A stretch of 64,000 nucleotides of DNA from Candidatus Omnitrophota bacterium (GTDB lineage: Bacteria; Omnitrophota; Gorgyraeia; Gygaellales; Profunditerraquicolaceae). This document shows positions 60,341-64,000 of this stretch, one piece after another. Made by a program: the position numbers and the translations under genes. The stretch spans positions 13,977 through 77,976 of the forward strand of contig JAQTQJ010000009.1 of the NCBI GenBank assembly GCA_028712255.1, written 5' to 3'. The notes beneath the pieces were generated by a model that worked only from the letters and a program-made list of their open reading frames with translations, had not been told where the DNA came from and did no database searches. Within the stretch, counting starts at the first letter, position 1, and each line of letters opens with the position of its first letter.

Positions 60341-61373
60341 GTTTTTAATTTCGGCGGTGCATAGTATTTACCGCCTGCTCAACTCCACTTATGGTGTTAA
60401 TGAGTTGATTTGCCGCATGGGCCGGCTGTTTTGTCAATTTTTTAATGCTCAGTATTGCCAGATCATTCTATTAGATTCTAGTAAAAAATATTCTAGTGTT
60501 GGGTGTGTAATTAGTGATAATAAGAAATGTGTAGTTTCTAATAAGAAAAAGATAAATGGCAAAATCGAAGAAAAAATTCTCAGGCATGCATCTGTAATTA
60601 GAAAAGGAAATCTTTTAGGTATTCCGCTTATCTGTGAAGACATGATGGGCCTTATTATTATAAAACGCACTAAAACCAATCAGCCGTTTGATATCTTTGA
60701 CCAGGAGATGCTTATGACTATGGCAGAGCAGGCGGTTGTTGGAATAAAAAACTTACAACTTTACGAGGAGCAGCAGCGGATAGTCTTAGGTAGCATAAAA
60801 TCTTTAGTTACGCTTTTGGATACCCGGGTTTCCAGGGAATATACGCATTCACCGCATTTTAGCAAGCTGGTCTGCGCTTTAGGCTGCGAAGTCCATCTCA
60901 ATGATAAACAACTTGAGAGCCTTAAATATGCAAGCCTTTTGCATGATGCCGGTAAAGCTGGCATACCAGCTGAAATCTTAACTAAGACCACCAAGCTTAC
61001 CGATGAAGAATATGATATTATCAAGAAACATCCAGTTAAGGGTGCGCAGATTTTAAGGCCTTTGCAGGTACTGCGTCCGGCTATTCCGATTATTATGTAT
61101 CATCATGAAAAATATAACGGAACAGGTTATCCATCTCATCTTAAAGGATGCCAGATACCTTTAGGAGCTCGTATCATGTCGGTAGCCGATGCTTTTGAAG
61201 CGATGGTTTATGGCCGGCCGTATCGCCAGAGAATGAATATTACTTCAGCTATCCGGGAAATTAAGAAAAAAAGCGGTATTCAATTTGATCCTAAGATAGT
61301 TGAGGCCTTTTTAAAAGTGATAAAGAAATTTAATAAAAGAATTTATTTGAAACAAGATAACCCTAAATTATAA
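60300..61373 (+). CDS. GAF-like sensor plus HD-GYP phosphohydrolase (paralog of 30998-32164)
   Basis: HHEKYNGTGYP and LLHDAGK. The start is uncertain because it overlaps dgt by 41 nt. Confidence 0.8.
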   Translation: MNTKNYSTPTKKYRFLISAVHSIYRLLNSTYGVNELICRMGRLFCQFFNAQYCQIILLDSSKKYSSVGCVISDNKKCVVSNKKKINGKIEEKILRHASVIRKGNLLGIPLICEDMMGLIIIKRTKTNQPFDIFDQEMLMTMAEQAVVGIKNLQLYEEQQRIVLGSIKSLVTLLDTRVSREYTHSPHFSKLVCALGCEVHLNDKQLESLKYASLLHDAGKAGIPAEILTKTTKLTDEEYDIIKKHPVKGAQILRPLQVLRPAIPIIMYHHEKYNGTGYPSHLKGCQIPLGARIMSVADAFEAMVYGRPYRQRMNITSAIREIKKKSGIQFDPKIVEAFLKVIKKFNKRIYLKQDNPKL

Positions 61374-61380
61374 AAATTTT

Positions 61381-61827
61381 ATGGCTGAAAATCAAGATTC
61401 TCAGCAATCTGAGCTTTTTACTCAGGGCTCTAATACTGGTGGACATTATAAGGGGCATCTTTGGCATAAGTTATTCTTTTTACGTATCCGGGTTTATGAA
61501 AAAATTATTCTTCTGATTATGGGCTTGAGTTTGGCCAGCATTATTTCTTTTTCCATTGGCGTAGAAAGAGGAAAGCGAATTGTTTTTACAGAAACTAATA
61601 ATGCCGGCCCATATACCTATACTATTCAGGTAGCTGCTTTTAAAAACAGGGCGCTTGCTTTGAGCCATGCTCAGTTTTTGACAAAAGAAGTAATGGCTCC
61701 AATGGTTTTTACTAAAGGAAGTTATGTTATTTTGTGCGTAGGCAAATTTTCTAATCAAGAGAGCGCGCAACCTTTGCTGACTCAGCTGCAAAAAACCTAC
61801 GCTGGTTGCCGCATAAGGAGGTTATAA
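61381..61827 (+). CDS. SPOR-domain protein
   Basis: TM segment and C-terminal SPOR-like region (YTIQVAAFKNRALA...). Confidence 0.6.
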   Translation: MAENQDSQQSELFTQGSNTGGHYKGHLWHKLFFLRIRVYEKIILLIMGLSLASIISFSIGVERGKRIVFTETNNAGPYTYTIQVAAFKNRALALSHAQFLTKEVMAPMVFTKGSYVILCVGKFSNQESAQPLLTQLQKTYAGCRIRRL

Positions 61828-61831
61828 AAAC

Positions 61832-62119
61832 ATGTCAATGCATCCGTCATTAACTATTTCGGAAAAGGACAAGAAGGTCCGCTCGGTATTGAAACGTTCT
61901 GAGCGCATAAAACTGATGCAAGAAAAAAGTAAATGGCAGCAAGGTGATTCGGTTTATGGCCTTCCGAAGCTCAAATCTTTAAGGATTAAGATTAAAAAGG
62001 AAAAAGTTGAAAAAGCTGAAAGCGCAACTGCGCAGGCTGCTACACCAGCAGCTGGTGCTACTAAAGAAGCTGCCAAAGCTGCTCCTAAAGCTGCCGCCAA
62101 GGCTCAAGAGAAGAAATAA
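61832..62119 (+). CDS. small basic protein Sbp-like (A/K-rich histone-H1-like tail)
   Basis: N-terminus MHPSLTIS...VRSVLKRSER resembles the Sbp family I recall from PVC-group bacteria. C-terminal AKAAPKAAAKA tail. Confidence 0.45.
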   Translation: MSMHPSLTISEKDKKVRSVLKRSERIKLMQEKSKWQQGDSVYGLPKLKSLRIKIKKEKVEKAESATAQAATPAAGATKEAAKAAPKAAAKAQEKK

Positions 62120-62193
62120 AATTTGATTATAAGCTTTAAGCTGTAAGTTTTAAGCTATAAGCTTAAGGGTTATCGCTTGCAGCTTACTTAAAT
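62120..62193. repeat. TAAGC-hexamer intergenic repeat, copy D
   Basis: ATAAGCTTTAAGCTGTAAGTTTTAAGCTATAAGCTTAAGGGTTATCGCTTGCAGCTTACTTA. Confidence 0.6.
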
Positions 62194-62979
62194 ATGCCGT
62201 TAAACCTTAAATATAGGGTAACTTTTATTATTTTAGTTATTTGTTTTGTATGGTCCATTGTTGCCTTTGGGGCTGATGCTGTTGTTTTCAAAGGACAGGT
62301 CAACACAGAAAATATAAATGTGCGGGTTGATGCAACGGTAAGCTCTGCTATAATTTGTGGTCTTTCTAAATGGGAGTTGGTAGAGGTTATCTCAGAGAGC
62401 TATGATTGGTACAAGATTCGCCTACCAAAAGAAGCGCCTTCATATGTAAAAGAAGACCTGCTTGAGTGTCTTAATTCTGATACGGTAACTAATCCAGGAA
62501 GATGCCTTAGTGCCAAGGTGATTAAAGACAGAATAAATATCCGGTTGGAGCCAAGTGAATCTGCTTGGATATTAGGGAAAGCTAATAAGTCAACCGTAGT
62601 TAGTATTTTGGGTAAAAAAGGAGACTGGTATAAAATTCAACCAATTTATCAAAGTTATGGATGGGTAAATAAAAAATTTATCAGTAAAGAAATAAAATTC
62701 TCTCAAAAGAAAGAACTCCCGGATTTACCTGTTAAAGATATTCAATCTCCAGATTTTTTGGTTGTTGAAGGTATGGTTAGCCCATACGGGGTAGTGTTAT
62801 GGCGCAAAGCCACGCATAAATTAGTTACTCATGAGAGCAAGATTTATTTATTAAAAGGAGACCGTAAAGCCTTAGATAGCCTCAATTATCATAAGGTTAA
62901 AGTTACCGGGAAATTAATCAGCCCGGCTCTAGCTAAGTATCCTATTATTCAGATCGATATTGTCGAGGCGTTGAGTTGA
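62194..62979 (+). CDS. secreted protein with two bacterial SH3 (SH3b) domains
   Basis: Signal peptide and two NIRxxP...DWYKI segments. Confidence 0.65.
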   Translation: MPLNLKYRVTFIILVICFVWSIVAFGADAVVFKGQVNTENINVRVDATVSSAIICGLSKWELVEVISESYDWYKIRLPKEAPSYVKEDLLECLNSDTVTNPGRCLSAKVIKDRINIRLEPSESAWILGKANKSTVVSILGKKGDWYKIQPIYQSYGWVNKKFISKEIKFSQKKELPDLPVKDIQSPDFLVVEGMVSPYGVVLWRKATHKLVTHESKIYLLKGDRKALDSLNYHKVKVTGKLISPALAKYPIIQIDIVEALS

Positions 62980-63330
62980 GCTTCTTAAGCTTAGTTATTT
63001 ATTTTACCATATCATTTTCACTTTTATTGATCGCCATGACTGTGCATGAATTTGCACATGGTTTGACTGCTTATAAGGATTCTACGGCTAGTTTAAGTGG
63101 CCGTTTAACTTTGAATCCGCTGGCGCATATCGACCCATTCTGGACATTTCTTTTACCGTTCATACTTTTTATAACTACAAGCGGGCGTTTTGTTTTTGGC
63201 GCGGCCAAGCCTGTTCCTATAAATTACTGGGCCCTGAAAAATCCTAAAAGAGATATTATTAGGTGCTCTTGACCGCATACTTTGGCCGTTGGTCAATTTT
63301 GTGATTAGTATAATGGGAGTAAATTTTTAA
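62976..63330 (+). pseudogene. M50-family (site-2 protease-like) metallopeptidase, apparently frameshifted/truncated
   Basis: HEFAHG zinc motif and NPLAHIDPF. The frame breaks near 63262 and continues in +1 (GALDRILWPLVNFVISIMGVNF*). The product is far shorter than typical M50 proteins. Confidence 0.4.
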
Positions 63331-63331
63331 T

Positions 63332-64000
63332 ATGCGTAAAGCCAAGGTTAATTTGGGTAAACGAACTTATTCAATAATAATTGGAAGTGGTATTCTTAGC
63401 CAGCTTGGGGTATTTTTAAAGAAGCTAGATATCGGCACAGGCGCCTTTATTATTACCAACAAATTTTTAAAAAACAAATATGGTTCTAAGTTAGCCAGGG
63501 TTTTGTCGAATTCGAATTTTAGCTTTCATTTTCAGGTTGTTGCCGATAGCGAGAAAAGTAAATCTATCCAAACAGCAGGCAACGTAATTAGGAATCTGTC
63601 TAAGTTTGACAAAAAGAAAAGAATTTTTATTATTGCTTTTGGCGGAGGAGTTATAGGAGATTTATCGGGTTTTGTGGCCTCAGTTTATAAGCGGGGGACT
63701 AGTTACGTGCAGATTCCGACAACTCTGCTTGCCCAGGTAGATTCTAGTATTGGCGGTAAAACCGCCCTCGATCTGGATTTGGGCAAAAACTTAGTCGGTG
63801 CAATTTATCAGCCAAGATTAGTATTTAGTGATATCGATTTTTTAATGAGTTTGGATAAAAAACAGCTCTCAAGCGGGATGGCCGAGGTTATAAAATACGC
63901 GGTGATTAAAGATAGAAGGCTTTTTAATTACCTGGAAGATAAATATAAATATATAATTGAAGGCAACCCGAATGCGCTTGAAAAAATAGTGGCTAGCTGT
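63332..64000 (+). CDS. aroB: 3-dehydroquinate synthase (3'-truncated at window edge)
   Basis: AroB motifs (FGGGVIGDLSGF, SSIGGKTALD). No stop before the window end. Confidence 0.85.
   Translation, partial: MRKAKVNLGKRTYSIIIGSGILSQLGVFLKKLDIGTGAFIITNKFLKNKYGSKLARVLSNSNFSFHFQVVADSEKSKSIQTAGNVIRNLSKFDKKKRIFIIAFGGGVIGDLSGFVASVYKRGTSYVQIPTTLLAQVDSSIGGKTALDLDLGKNLVGAIYQPRLVFSDIDFLMSLDKKQLSSGMAEVIKYAVIKDRRLFNYLEDKYKYIIEGNPNALEKIVASC

Noticed and set aside
1-64000. Mobile elements / prophage / genomic island
   Set aside because: No integrase, transposase, recombinase or phage structural genes. The only tRNA (Gly-CCC) has ordinary housekeeping neighbours. Composition looks uniform by eye.

Overview
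This ~64 kb window is from a low-GC (~40% by eye) bacterium, and every gene I can support lies on the + strand. The first third is a canonical r-protein superoperon: rpoC (5'-truncated), rpsL, rpsG, fusA and tuf (str), then the S10 and spc clusters through rplO, secY, adk, map and infA, then rpmJ, rpsM, rpsK, rpsD, rpoA and rplQ (alpha). L30 is absent, S14 is the Zn (Z) type, and L24 has a Cys4 tail. Downstream lie: an aminotransferase; an archaeal-type leuC-pilT-leuD-leuB-like cluster; mdh; lpdA plus a free lipoyl-domain protein; a GAF/HD-GYP protein; a 3-gene glycolipid cluster (GT28, LpxL-like acyltransferase, GT2); and a cobalamin salvage/nucleotide-loop locus (cobO, riboswitch, btuFCD, cobC/U/T/S, a DUF71 PP-loop ATPase, a second riboswitch, a TonB-dependent receptor and a TonB-like protein). 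After that come rpsU (missed by the ORF track) with a strong promoter, Memo-like, DUF1844 and Trm112-like genes, aroQ, pepP, efp, accB, accC, Asp23/AmaP, pfkA, gmhA, rfaE-II, a small thiE-adjacent ORF, thiE, thiC, tRNA-Gly(CCC), a LysM/M23 peptidase, and a tightly overlapping operon of an Arch-type AAA ATPase with four nucleotide phosphohydrolases (YfcE-like, HIT, dGTPase, GAF-HD-GYP). The window ends with SPOR, Sbp-like, SH3b and a frameshifted M50 peptidase gene, then aroB (3'-truncated). The Sbp-like protein hints at a PVC/Omnitrophota-like lineage; this is inference only. Two things look most novel. First, a recurrent ~50-nt two-hairpin leader (CACC-stem, TAAnnGGnATT loop, GGTG, then a second hairpin abutting the SD) occurs six times directly upstream of start codons, with compensatory stem changes. 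Second, a family of intergenic repeats built from (T/A)TAAGC hexamers and AAGCTT palindromes sits downstream of four genes, one copy next to a 46-nt perfect palindrome with flanking direct repeats. I found no CRISPR array, transposase, integrase or prophage signal.
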